Shown here in pieces: positions 10,022-19,077 of a stretch of 64,000 nt of DNA (position 1 is the stretch's first letter; each line of letters begins with the position of its first letter). The position numbers and the translations under genes are program-made. The stretch lies in contig JBBCJA010000013.1 of assembly GCA_037189585.1 (NCBI GenBank), positions 259,067 through 323,066 on the forward strand, written 5' to 3'. A model generated the notes under the pieces. It saw only the letters and a list, made by a program, of their open reading frames with translations. It was not told the DNA's origin and did not search any database. This DNA comes from Selenomonadaceae bacterium (GTDB taxonomy: Bacteria > Vulcanimicrobiota > Xenobia > Xenobiales > JADMJV01).

Positions 10022-11074
10022 TCACTTCCGCATTGCATACTCTCGGCATCGCTCGAAGTAGCGACCGACCTCTCCGGAGCGCAAAGCTTCGTAGGCTCGC
10101 TGATAGCCGGCGGCCAGGTCGTTCTCGACCTCGGTCAGCCATAGGGCGGCGGCGACATTCATGGCCACGGCACAAGCCAGCTCCTCGCGACCGCCGGCGA
10201 GAAGCTCGCGCGATATCGAGGCGTTGGTCGCCGCGTCGCCGCCTCGTAAAGATTCCAAAGCGATGGGGGAGGTGCCGAACACCGCCGGAGTCCATTCCCA
10301 GTTCCGAACCGGCTGGCCGGCCTCGGCCATGCTGACCCAGCTGATCCCGTTGGGACTCAATTCATCCAGGCCGCCCTCGCCGTGAACAACCAGAACGCGA
10401 CGCAAGCCGAGCCGAATTGCCGCCTGAGCCATCGGCTCCACCAATTCGCGAGCATACACGCCCAGCAGTTGATGGCTCACTCCCGCCGGATTGACCAGCG
10501 GGCCGAGAAGGTTGAAAAGTGTCCGCACCCCCAGGGCGCGTCGTAAGCTCGCCAGCTGTTTCATAGCGGGATGAAAGTGGGGGGCGAAAAGAAAGCCGAA
10601 TCCGCCGGAAGCGATGTGCCTAGCGACCTCCTCGGGGCGATGCCCCAGCGGATAGCCCAGCTCCGCCAACAGATCGGCGCTCCCGCAGGCCGAGGATATG
10701 GAGCGGTTACCGTGCTTGGCTACCCTCACCCCCAAGGAGGCGAGCACCAGGGCGGCCAAAGTCGAGATGTTGATCAGGTGAGCTCCGTCTCCGCCTGTGC
10801 CACAGGTGTCCAGAAGGGTCTCCCCCTCAGCGCCGACTGAAACACTGACCTGGTGCTCCTTTAAGGACTGGGCCGCCCCCACGATCTCATCCACCGTCTC
10901 GCCGCGCACCTTCAGCGCGCTCAGAAGCCCGGCCGCCAGAAGCGATTCGGGAGCGTTTTCCAGATTCGCTCTCATCAAAGCGCTCACCACCGAGCGCATG
11001 GTTTGCTCGGTCAACCTCTCTCCCGAGGTCACCGCGTGAAGCGCCTCTCGCAGTACCTGTTCATCAGCTTTCAT
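10022..11074 (-). CDS. trpD: Anthranilate phosphoribosyltransferase
   Basis: [46 protein letters not shown] is the canonical TrpD signature. Confidence 0.9.
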   Translation of the reverse strand: [350 protein letters not shown]

Positions 11075-11270
11075 ACCAAGCCCGGAAATTATCTCGTGAG
11101 ACCTTGTTTTCCTGGAGGAGGAACGCTTGAAAAACTATCCTGTTGGAACGAAACTTTTATCTGTCTGTATACTTCAAACATCGTATATATCTGGGGTATC
11201 CTCAGGTATATAACGTGCCTCCGGGGTGCTACGTGCCCTCCGGGTACAGTTTTGGAAGGTAGGGTTCTCG

Positions 11271-12518
11271 GTGCTTGTTCCACGCTCTTGGCGGTCTTTA
11301 GTCTTATGTGCCCTACTGGCGCTCAGTCTACTTTCTCCCACCCAGGCCGATCGCGGAGACGCGCTTCGTTTCGAAGCCGCCGTGGCCCAGATCTCGAAGC
11401 TCGCTAAGAAGCGCCCCACGATCGAGACCCTTCTGGATAGTGCCCGAAACGCCGTTCCCTCACTGGGAGACGACGCCTTGACCGTGGCGGGACTTTCCCA
11501 TCGCCTGAACGGAAGTTCGGACGCGGAACTTTCCACCGCCGTCATCAAGGCGATGCTGAAGTCTCTCGATGATCGATGGGCCCGTCTCTACTCTCCGGAG
11601 GAGAGCCAGAACATGCGATCGGGTCTCAACGGAGATGGGTTGGGTAGCTTAGGTCTCAACCTGGTCCACGACGGCACTAAAAATCAGGGCTACCTGATCT
11701 CCGACGTCGCTCCCAATGGGCCAGCCCTGGGGTTGATCAAAGCCGGCGAGCGACTGCGGTCGGTGGACGGTACGGATTTGACCAAGCCGACAGAAGTGTC
11801 CCTCGATTCCCTCTTGCACGGACAACCGGGGTCGGTGGCGCATCTGTTGGTTTCCGACATTAAGGGAAAGAGCCGCGAGGTGGATGTCACTCGGGTCGAT
11901 CTGGATGCCCCCACGGCCTATCTGACCAAGACCGACCGGGATAGCGCGGAGATTCGTATCACCAGTTTTGGCGCCGATACCGCCAAGGAACTCCAACAGA
12001 TTCTGGACCAAACCCGAGTCGAGACACTGGTCCTCGACCTTCGCTGCAATGGGGGAGGGTACGTCAAGTCGGCGGTGGCCTGCTCCTCCCTTTTTGTCAA
12101 GGACGGCTCTCTGGTCGTGCAGACCGAATCGCCCGACGGCGTGACTCCGCTTTATAGCGAGGGCGCCCCTCGTTTCAAAGGCTCCGTGGTGCTGCTAGTC
12201 AATAGCAAAACGGCCAGCGCCGCGGAGATCTTCACCGCTTGTCTACAACATCACCTGGATGCCGAAGTCATCGGCGAGACCACTTACGGCAAAGGATCGG
12301 TTCAGCGGATCGTCGACCTGCCCGGTAAATGGGCTCTCAAAGTTACCACTTCGGCCTATCGAACCGCGGCCGGTGATCTGATCGACGGGATCGGGATCAA
12401 GCCCGACCTGGAGCTTAAGATGCCCATCGCCGCGTGCCGCACCGAGGACGACACCCAGATGGCTCAAGCACGCCAACACGTTCGTCATCTGGCCGCCAGT
12501 CCCCCTAGCAAATCCTAA
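11271..12518 (+). CDS. S41 family C-terminal processing (tail-specific) protease with PDZ domain
   Basis: Signal peptide (MLVPRSWRSLVLCALLALSLLSPTQA), a PDZ region, and the S41 catalytic block DLRCNGGGYV...NSKTASAAEIF. GTG 11271 has a better RBS than GTG 11226. Confidence 0.8.
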   Translation: MLVPRSWRSLVLCALLALSLLSPTQADRGDALRFEAAVAQISKLAKKRPTIETLLDSARNAVPSLGDDALTVAGLSHRLNGSSDAELSTAVIKAMLKSLDDRWARLYSPEESQNMRSGLNGDGLGSLGLNLVHDGTKNQGYLISDVAPNGPALGLIKAGERLRSVDGTDLTKPTEVSLDSLLHGQPGSVAHLLVSDIKGKSREVDVTRVDLDAPTAYLTKTDRDSAEIRITSFGADTAKELQQILDQTRVETLVLDLRCNGGGYVKSAVACSSLFVKDGSLVVQTESPDGVTPLYSEGAPRFKGSVVLLVNSKTASAAEIFTACLQHHLDAEVIGETTYGKGSVQRIVDLPGKWALKVTTSAYRTAAGDLIDGIGIKPDLELKMPIAACRTEDDTQMAQARQHVRHLAASPPSKS

Positions 12519-12557
12519 GCAAGACAAAGCGGGCACCGAAGGGTTATACTGAGTCTC

Positions 12558-13610
12558 GTGGCCTTTAGCCCTATTTCCGGACCCAATTTTGGCCGCTACG
12601 AAGGCCAGCACATCCAAGCCGTCCCTCGGCAAAAGACCGAGAGTGTCGCGCCTAATTTGCTGCGCGATCTCAAGACTTTCATCGATCTCGATGACGAGCT
12701 TGATGCTGAGGAACTGCTCAGACTTCTCACCCTCGACGAGGTGGAACTCTCGGAAGAAGCTCGTGACATCTTACGCAAAATCAAGAAGAAGAAAAAACGA
12801 GGTCGAGACCGCGAGGCCGAGCAGAGCGAGGAAGAGTTTCTCCAGTTGCTAGCTCAGCTGGATGAGGAGGAGCTAACGCCGCTGAGCGAACTGCCGCGAA
12901 AAGATGTCACGCCCTATCTCCCTCCCGTACTGACCCTATCGACTTATGGACCTTTGGTGGAAGAGAGCCGGCCAGCGCCCATCGCGCCTCGACCTCAGCC
13001 GGCCGAGGACGATATCTCGCAGTTGACCCGGGCGGGGAAGCTGGCTCTGGCTATGGTCGCCATTGCCCCAGATAAAAAGCAGGCGATGAAAGTCGCTCGA
13101 GATCTGGAGGTCTTCGGGGCCGAACTGTTGGGCGAAGTCAAGCGTTTTGGTACCCGTGTGGTTGTGGTTGGAGCCAGGACGGCCTTCACCGATATCGAGA
13201 TCGCCGGGATCCGGCTCTTTGGAGCGGGAGAGAAGACCTTCGACGGGCGCCCTTGGTCGGTGGTCCGCGGTGTCTATTCGGCCAAGCGGCGCATTATCTG
13301 CGTCGGAGAAGAGCTGCTCGACGAGAGCAAGCGCAGCGGACGTTCCACCGTCCGGCACGAATTCGCTCACGCCTACGAGGACACCTGGAGCCGGAAGCGC
13401 CAACGACGACAGCCATTGAGCGTGGAGCTCTGGTACCGTTTCGAAAAGACCCGCAAAAGTTTTGTCTCGGCCTACGCCTCGACCCAGCCGGCGGAGTACT
13501 TCGCTGAATCGGTGGAGGCTTATTTCGCGCCCGGACTGCGCGACACCCTGATGGCCGGAGACCCCGAGATGTTCGCCTATCTTGGTGAGCTTTTCGGCGG
13601 TACTTATTAA
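12558..13610 (+). CDS. ATLF-like / M34-type zincin metallopeptidase with an acidic, lysine-rich and proline-rich N-terminal region
   Basis: HEFAHAY (HExxH) followed about 40 aa later by AEYFAESVEAYF. The third-ligand Glu lies in an E-F-A-E context, as in the anthrax lethal factor / Pro-Pro-endopeptidase family. N-terminal stretch KKKKKRGRDREAEQSEEEF followed by a Pro-rich linker. Confidence 0.55.
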   Translation: MAFSPISGPNFGRYEGQHIQAVPRQKTESVAPNLLRDLKTFIDLDDELDAEELLRLLTLDEVELSEEARDILRKIKKKKKRGRDREAEQSEEEFLQLLAQLDEEELTPLSELPRKDVTPYLPPVLTLSTYGPLVEESRPAPIAPRPQPAEDDISQLTRAGKLALAMVAIAPDKKQAMKVARDLEVFGAELLGEVKRFGTRVVVVGARTAFTDIEIAGIRLFGAGEKTFDGRPWSVVRGVYSAKRRIICVGEELLDESKRSGRSTVRHEFAHAYEDTWSRKRQRRQPLSVELWYRFEKTRKSFVSAYASTQPAEYFAESVEAYFAPGLRDTLMAGDPEMFAYLGELFGGTY

Positions 13611-13709
13611 CCCTCGCTCAGGGGATTCGGCCGCTCTCAATCCTTGAAAAAAATCCTACTCCAGGAAGGAGGCTTGAAGATCTGTCAGAATTTTCCTTGA
13701 AAGTTTTTC

Positions 13710-15077
13710 ATGAGGTTTCACAGTTCGTTGAGTCACCCCGGTAAGCCCAAGTTGTCACTTTCTCGTCTCCGTCGCTCCGAGCAGACAGGAATCATCTCGC
13801 GCGGCTTTTCCGTTCGCTGGACAGCGGCCGTCTTGTTGATGGGAAGCGTGGGAGCGGCCTGGGCTTTCAATCCTCTTTCGGGAAGCGGAAAGGCTGTGGG
13901 GACCACCACGGTCGCCGACTCCCATCTTGTGGTGGAGGGAGACCCCCAGGTCGTGGCGCCTCTCCTTGGCTCGTTGGTGGGCGAAGTGGCCTTAAGTTCT
14001 CAAGACCGGGAATTGATATCTAAGTCAGCGGGTCAGCGCATGGTGTTGCGTTCTAAACCTGTGGTCGACCTCGGTGGGAAGAGTCTGCGCGACAAAGGGA
14101 AGTTCTTGCGTGCCGTGGAGGAGGTCGAGGAGCAGTTTCTGCTTTCGGGCGCTTATCCCCCCTTGCCTCCGGATGGAGCGGCGGGATCGATGAATTATCG
14201 CACAGACGGGCAAGACTTCACCCTGGGGTCTGGACATCGCCGCTATACGGCGGAGGAGGGTCTGACTTATGGATCCCCTCCGGTCGCCGGGCAGAGCTTC
14301 GAGGTGGCCGGTTTTTTGCGAAGTCAAGACATAGGCTGGGGGCCGTGGCGAAAGGCTTCGATGGAGTTCTTCGGGCAGAAAGAGGTCACGAATTCGGAGG
14401 CCTTGGAGTTTCTCGTCGAAAATGTTCCTGACTCAAAAAGTTCCGCTCGTCTTTTCTTCCCCGTGGATCGCGCTACATGCGGCTACCTGTTTCGTAAAAA
14501 GGATGGAACGAGTGCCTACAGGTCGGGGGAGTTGGCCTACGACGCCGCCTTGGGCACTTTTTCCCTGAAGCTTTTCCGTGTCAATCTCGCCTCTAGTCCG
14601 GCCCTTCGGGCTGACCGGTTAGAGGCCGAGGCTAAAGCTCGCGATGGCGCGGTGGTTCTGGTGGGCGACCAGGGGCTGCTCGGCGACCTCGGGTTGGCCG
14701 AGCCGCCGGCCGAGAGTCCAGACGGGGTAGTCGTTCTTTCCTCGGCCGCCGTGATGCCCTGCTCGGTCAGTAGCGCGCTCGACGGTCTGCGTTTGTCCGC
14801 TTTGGCCAGACATCAAGAAAGTCTGGCGCGGGGCCTGTATGTGGCTTCTGAGGGAGAGAAGTCTCAAGCGGTCGTGGCTGGACGGGTGAAGCTTCTCGAT
14901 CAACTGGGCCAGCTTCATCAACTGCACCTCCGCGCCGGACGTGGCGCCGACTATGATTGGGTGATCGGTCAGGTGTGCCCGGTGAAGGAGGAGCCGCGAG
15001 CGGAGAAGTTTGTAGACAGTGGGCTCAGTTTTGAGGAGAGCCCCACGACGGAGCCTCTGGTGAAGGCGGGACGGTAG
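13710..15077 (+). CDS. Secreted hypothetical protein
   Basis: N-terminal signal peptide (AAVLLMGSVGAAWA). 455 aa with no recognisable motif. Coding-like codon usage. Confidence 0.45.
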   Translation: MRFHSSLSHPGKPKLSLSRLRRSEQTGIISRGFSVRWTAAVLLMGSVGAAWAFNPLSGSGKAVGTTTVADSHLVVEGDPQVVAPLLGSLVGEVALSSQDRELISKSAGQRMVLRSKPVVDLGGKSLRDKGKFLRAVEEVEEQFLLSGAYPPLPPDGAAGSMNYRTDGQDFTLGSGHRRYTAEEGLTYGSPPVAGQSFEVAGFLRSQDIGWGPWRKASMEFFGQKEVTNSEALEFLVENVPDSKSSARLFFPVDRATCGYLFRKKDGTSAYRSGELAYDAALGTFSLKLFRVNLASSPALRADRLEAEAKARDGAVVLVGDQGLLGDLGLAEPPAESPDGVVVLSSAAVMPCSVSSALDGLRLSALARHQESLARGLYVASEGEKSQAVVAGRVKLLDQLGQLHQLHLRAGRGADYDWVIGQVCPVKEEPRAEKFVDSGLSFEESPTTEPLVKAGR

Positions 15078-15687
15078 TCGTCGCTCTCCATTGCTCGGCG
15101 GATAATCTCATTATGACCCGCTTTTCGGTCCATCGGTTGTGAAGACCGATAATCTCCATCTCTCGAATGATTTCGAAACCGCACTTTTGAAAGCAGCCCT
15201 GGGCGCCTAAATTGAAACTGGCGGTGTCTAGCTCGATAGTATCGACACCGCGAGTCTCGAAAAGGTACCGGACCAGAATCCTCATCGCTTCCGAGCCCAG
15301 GCCACGACCTCGTTGTTGGCTCGCGCCCACCATGATTCCGACACGGGCCAAGCTCCGCCGGTCTTTACGGAAGAGTTTGTAGCGCAAGAAGCCCAGGGGC
15401 AGATTGGCTGTGGCTTCCTCGATGAGAAGCACTCCTCGCCCGTCGCAGCGAAGATCGTCCAAATACTCCCGGGACATTTCGGCGAGAGTCTCGCTATCCG
15501 TGTCCACGCCGAAGGCCAGTCGGCAGCTCTCGGAGTCGGCGAACCAGCCGGCTACGGCCTGGTGATCCTGGGAAAGTAGAGGGCGCAAACGCAACCTGCC
15601 CGACTCCGATAGCAGAGGCGGGTTCAAGTTTTCTCTGGAACGACCCAGGATTCGGCGCAACAGGCTCCGCATATGTGGGTTTACCAC
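15025..15687 (-). CDS. GNAT family N-acetyltransferase (RimJ/RimL-like)
   Basis: GNAT A-motif QRGRGLGSEAMRILVRYLF and the C-terminal CGFEIIREMEI. The 3' end is convergent with and overlaps the upstream gene by about 50 nt. The true start may be M6 (15672). Confidence 0.7.
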   Translation of the reverse strand: MVNPHMRSLLRRILGRSRENLNPPLLSESGRLRLRPLLSQDHQAVAGWFADSESCRLAFGVDTDSETLAEMSREYLDDLRCDGRGVLLIEEATANLPLGFLRYKLFRKDRRSLARVGIMVGASQQRGRGLGSEAMRILVRYLFETRGVDTIELDTASFNLGAQGCFQKCGFEIIREMEIIGLHNRWTEKRVIMRLSAEQWRATTTVPPSPEAPSWGSPQN

Positions 15688-15823
15688 GGATTGAGCCGAG
15701 GTTCCCTCAGGTTGGTCAGAATTTTATGAAGTCGCGAGGCTCGGTGTCCTCGAGCGACGAATAGTCCAATCTTGGAGGAATGCCCCGGGAAGAATCCAAA
15801 AGGGGCCCTCAAGATGACATGGC

Positions 15824-16492
15824 TTGGGGATGTTGAGCCTTCGAGCTATTACGGGTCAAAGGAGCGTCGAGTTGCAAAAGCGAGATTTCTATATGGTCCT
15901 TCGGGTCAAGCCCGTCGCGTCCCCTGACGAGATCAGAAAGGCCTACAGGGAACTCTCCAAAAAGTACCATCCCGACCTCAATCCGGGGATGAAGGCGGCT
16001 TCTGACGAGAAGATGAAAGAACTCGTCGCGGCTTACAACGTGCTCAATAATAAGGAACAGCGTAAAGCCTACGACGCGCAGCCGCAGTTTCAGTATCGGA
16101 AGTTTGGCAAAGGCCGAGACAAGCCGACCAAAGACACCTTTAAGAAGCAGGCGCCTAAAAAGCAGGGCTTGTTGCAGAAGATGTTGTCATTTGTGAGAAA
16201 GAAAGATGGAGCGAGTGCTGGAGTCGATCCTAAGCAGGCCGATGTGCATTTCATGTTGGGTTTGTCCATGGCTGAAAGCGACAATTTTCTCGAGCAGGCC
16301 AAGGCGGAGTTCGTTAAAGCCTTGGAGTACGATCCAAAGCATCTCGAAGCGACCTACAATCTCGCCCTGACCTCCTACCGAAACGGGGATTTCGAAGGGG
16401 CTCGCTTCGGACTCAATGATGTGCTCAAGCTTAATTCCAACGATGTTCACGCTAAACATCTGCTAAAGCTCCTCCACGATCCCGATCTATAG
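15824..16492 (+). CDS. J-domain (DnaJ-like) protein with TPR-like C-terminal repeats
   Basis: DFYMVLRVKPVASPDEIRKAYRELSKKYHPDLNP shows the HPD tripeptide. The C-terminus has TPR-like AKAEFVKALEYDPKHLEATYNLAL. Confidence 0.65.
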   Translation: MGMLSLRAITGQRSVELQKRDFYMVLRVKPVASPDEIRKAYRELSKKYHPDLNPGMKAASDEKMKELVAAYNVLNNKEQRKAYDAQPQFQYRKFGKGRDKPTKDTFKKQAPKKQGLLQKMLSFVRKKDGASAGVDPKQADVHFMLGLSMAESDNFLEQAKAEFVKALEYDPKHLEATYNLALTSYRNGDFEGARFGLNDVLKLNSNDVHAKHLLKLLHDPDL

Positions 16493-16567
16493 CTCCCGGG
16501 AACTTCGTCGGTATTTTTCGAACGTTCACATCTCGTTAAAGTCCGTTTTGCTCTTTAGCCTTAAAAT

Positions 16568-17197
16568 GTGGCTGTGATAATTACGGGCGTACATAGTTGG
16601 ACGAGTGGTCCCTTTTCGGCGGTCCGTCCCGGAGAGGTCGCCCAGGACCCCGTGGAGTCGTCTCCCAGGGAGCCCATCGACGAGGTGGTTCCCATGCAGC
16701 CACCCGCGGACAGTCAGAGGTCCGGGAGTTCCATGTCCAGTTCTCGGATGCGAGATCAGGGAGCGAAATCGGTCGGAGCGGCCCTGGCGGCCTTTCCTCA
16801 GATCGTTCATGTTTTAGCCGATCCGGAACTTCATTTAGGAAAGCAGCTTTCCACCGCCACAGGACTCCCCGTTGTCTCCCTGGAGGAAAACTCCATCGAG
16901 GAGCTCGCTACCGTTTTGTCCGCGGAAGAATTCGCCCAAGGATTTATCTTAGAAGGCTTCCCTACGGATCGCGGTGTGGCCGAGGGGCTGGACAGCTTGC
17001 TGTCCGCGACCAGTCCCAACGAGCGCCGAGTTTTGGGTTGGCAGGCCGAAAAAGACGATCATCAGCAGATCATCTTGGACCACTACATCGACCAGGGACT
17101 ACTCTGGAATGTTCCTAACGAGAGTCCGGCCGCTCCTTCCGAGCAGGTCACGGACGCGCTCTTAGAGTGCATGGTGGGCCTACCCGCTCGTAAGTAG
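16568..17197 (+). CDS. Degenerate adenylate-kinase-like protein (P-loop glycines lost, no LID domain)
   Basis: GFILEGFPTDRGVAEGLDSLL matches Adk GFLLDGFPRT..QA.AL. DDHQQIILDHYIDQ matches the Adk C-terminal helix. The Walker A region reads ADPELHLGK. The start is uncertain; internal Met codons lie at 16694, 16733 and 16748. Confidence 0.45.
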   Translation: MAVIITGVHSWTSGPFSAVRPGEVAQDPVESSPREPIDEVVPMQPPADSQRSGSSMSSSRMRDQGAKSVGAALAAFPQIVHVLADPELHLGKQLSTATGLPVVSLEENSIEELATVLSAEEFAQGFILEGFPTDRGVAEGLDSLLSATSPNERRVLGWQAEKDDHQQIILDHYIDQGLLWNVPNESPAAPSEQVTDALLECMVGLPARK

Positions 17198-17317
17198 GTT
17201 GGCGGGCTGTACCCGAGACCACTGACTCGCCCGAAGGAATGCACTCCGTACACCTCTAATAGGCACTCTGCCCGAGGCTCCCGCTAGGTATGGCTCGGTG
17301 ATGATCTTGGAGGATTC

Positions 17318-19054
17318 ATGGCTGGTACACAATCGACCCCCCCACAATCGCCGCAGCAAGGCGAGACCCCGTCTCCCCTGTGTAATCACCTGCTCGAACA
17401 GGTTCGGCTGCGCTTGGAGGACAAGCTCGCGGCGGAGGACCTTCGCAATGCCGCTCAGGAAGCCATCAAGAGTCTCGAGCAAGCTCGCGAGCAGACCCTA
17501 GCGAACCTGGAGAAGGGGGGAGCCAAGGACGAAGTTCTCGACGCCTTCGAGCGTAGCTTTGAAGAGATGCAAGTCGCACTCGAGGAGATCGACGAGTATG
17601 CCGACAAAGCCGACGACAAGACTCACGAGAGTGTTCGAGGCTCTATCTTTCGCGCCGCCCACGCCAGCGCTCTGGCGGTTCTAGCCATGCAGCAGGCGGA
17701 GCTCTCCGATGGGCCCACCGACATGCCTCTTTTCAACGGCCTCTTCAAGATGAAGGAAGGCTATCTTCAAAATCAGGTCGAGGGAAGCCAGCTTCAGGCG
17801 GCGCTCGACAACATCGTCAAGATGACCAAAGCCGCGATGGCTGAGCTTTTGGCCGCCGAAGGCGAGCAGCCTCCGCAGAGGGACGGCTTGGTACGGGCTT
17901 ACGAAGAGCAGATCGAAAGTCTCGAGCACGTCGGTGAGACGATCGACAGCGGAAGCAAGGACAAAGGCACCGTGGACGATGCCTTTGAGCGCTTACTTAA
18001 GACGAGTCAGGGTGTTCGTGAGGCGATGGCTTCACTCAACGAAGCCATGATGAGCGTTGGGCCATGCCGATTGGTGCGAGCCAATGTCTTGCTTTCCGCC
18101 TCCGAGACTTTTCGTGCCGGTGGCATCAGTCCCGATCAGTTTGGTCGGACTTTGGATTCCTTTGAGGGAGAGCTCAAGGAAGAGCGGGCCGCCGTGGATG
18201 AGATGGCGGGTCTTCCGGGGCAAAACGAGGCGGTCATCAAGGAGATTGAAGGTGTTCGCACGGCCTACGACCTTCATGACGAAGCTATCGCCATTTTTTC
18301 CGAGATCATTGATGGAGAGGCTGCTCCCGAGGACTTTGCCAAAGCGCAGACGCTTCTCATCGAGGCCTCCGAGAAGCTCTCCGATCACAAAGAAGAGCTC
18401 GAGCGTCTTGGGGAGAGCGAGGGGAAAGTCTCTTGTGTTCGCTGCGGATCCCCCAACGAAGCTGGACAGCGTGTCTGCGGAAAGTGTGGAGCGCAGTTGC
18501 CCCAGCAGGCCGGGGTCGGTGGAGTCTCTTCCACCATGTCTTATCAGGAATCTGACGGAGCCGCTGATTTCGGCGAACAAGAACTCGAGATGACCACGAA
18601 CCTGGAACGTCTTTTCCAGGCAGTCAACGAGGTTGCGGAGAGTCGCCGTAGCGATAGAGACTTCGAAGAAGTGATCGACTGGATGGATGGGCTGCTCGAA
18701 GAAGCCGCCCAAACGATGCCGGATGTTCCAGCGATGCAGTATCCGGATTGCCCTCCTGACATGCAAGAGAAGATCGAGGAGCTTCAAGTTCAGCTTTCGA
18801 CTCAGCGAGAGTTGATGATGGAAGGTATCGAAGCCGTTCGCGAGGCGTTGGGCATCCTGGGCAGCTATGTCGAGACTCACGACAAGGACGTTCTTGTCCA
18901 GGGTGTTCGTGGGGTCCGCGATGGCGTGATCAAAATGCAGTCCTCCGAAAAAGCCTTAACCGCTATTAGCGAAACATTGCAGAAAGCCGCGGCGGAAGCG
19001 CAGGCCTCTCGAGAGGACGAGGATTCAGAATCCGACGAATCCGAGACCGAATAG
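17318..19054 (+). CDS. Acidic coiled-coil protein with an internal zinc ribbon ([19 protein letters not shown])
   Basis: 578 aa, Glu/Asp-rich, heptad-like helices, a single C-x2-C-x11-C-x2-C zinc ribbon. No known catalytic motif. Confidence 0.5.
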   Translation: MAGTQSTPPQSPQQGETPSPLCNHLLEQVRLRLEDKLAAEDLRNAAQEAIKSLEQAREQTLANLEKGGAKDEVLDAFERSFEEMQVALEEIDEYADKADDKTHESVRGSIFRAAHASALAVLAMQQAELSDGPTDMPLFNGLFKMKEGYLQNQVEGSQLQAALDNIVKMTKAAMAELLAAEGEQPPQRDGLVRAYEEQIESLEHVGETIDSGSKDKGTVDDAFERLLKTSQGVREAMASLNEAMMSVGPCRLVRANVLLSASETFRAGGISPDQFGRTLDSFEGELKEERAAVDEMAGLPGQNEAVIKEIEGVRTAYDLHDEAIAIFSEIIDGEAAPEDFAKAQTLLIEASEKLSDHKEELERLGESEGKVSCVRCGSPNEAGQRVCGKCGAQLPQQAGVGGVSSTMSYQESDGAADFGEQELEMTTNLERLFQAVNEVAESRRSDRDFEEVIDWMDGLLEEAAQTMPDVPAMQYPDCPPDMQEKIEELQVQLSTQRELMMEGIEAVREALGILGSYVETHDKDVLVQGVRGVRDGVIKMQSSEKALTAISETLQKAAAEAQASREDEDSESDESETE

Positions 19055-19077
19055 GTCGCGAACCGCGAACATTATTC

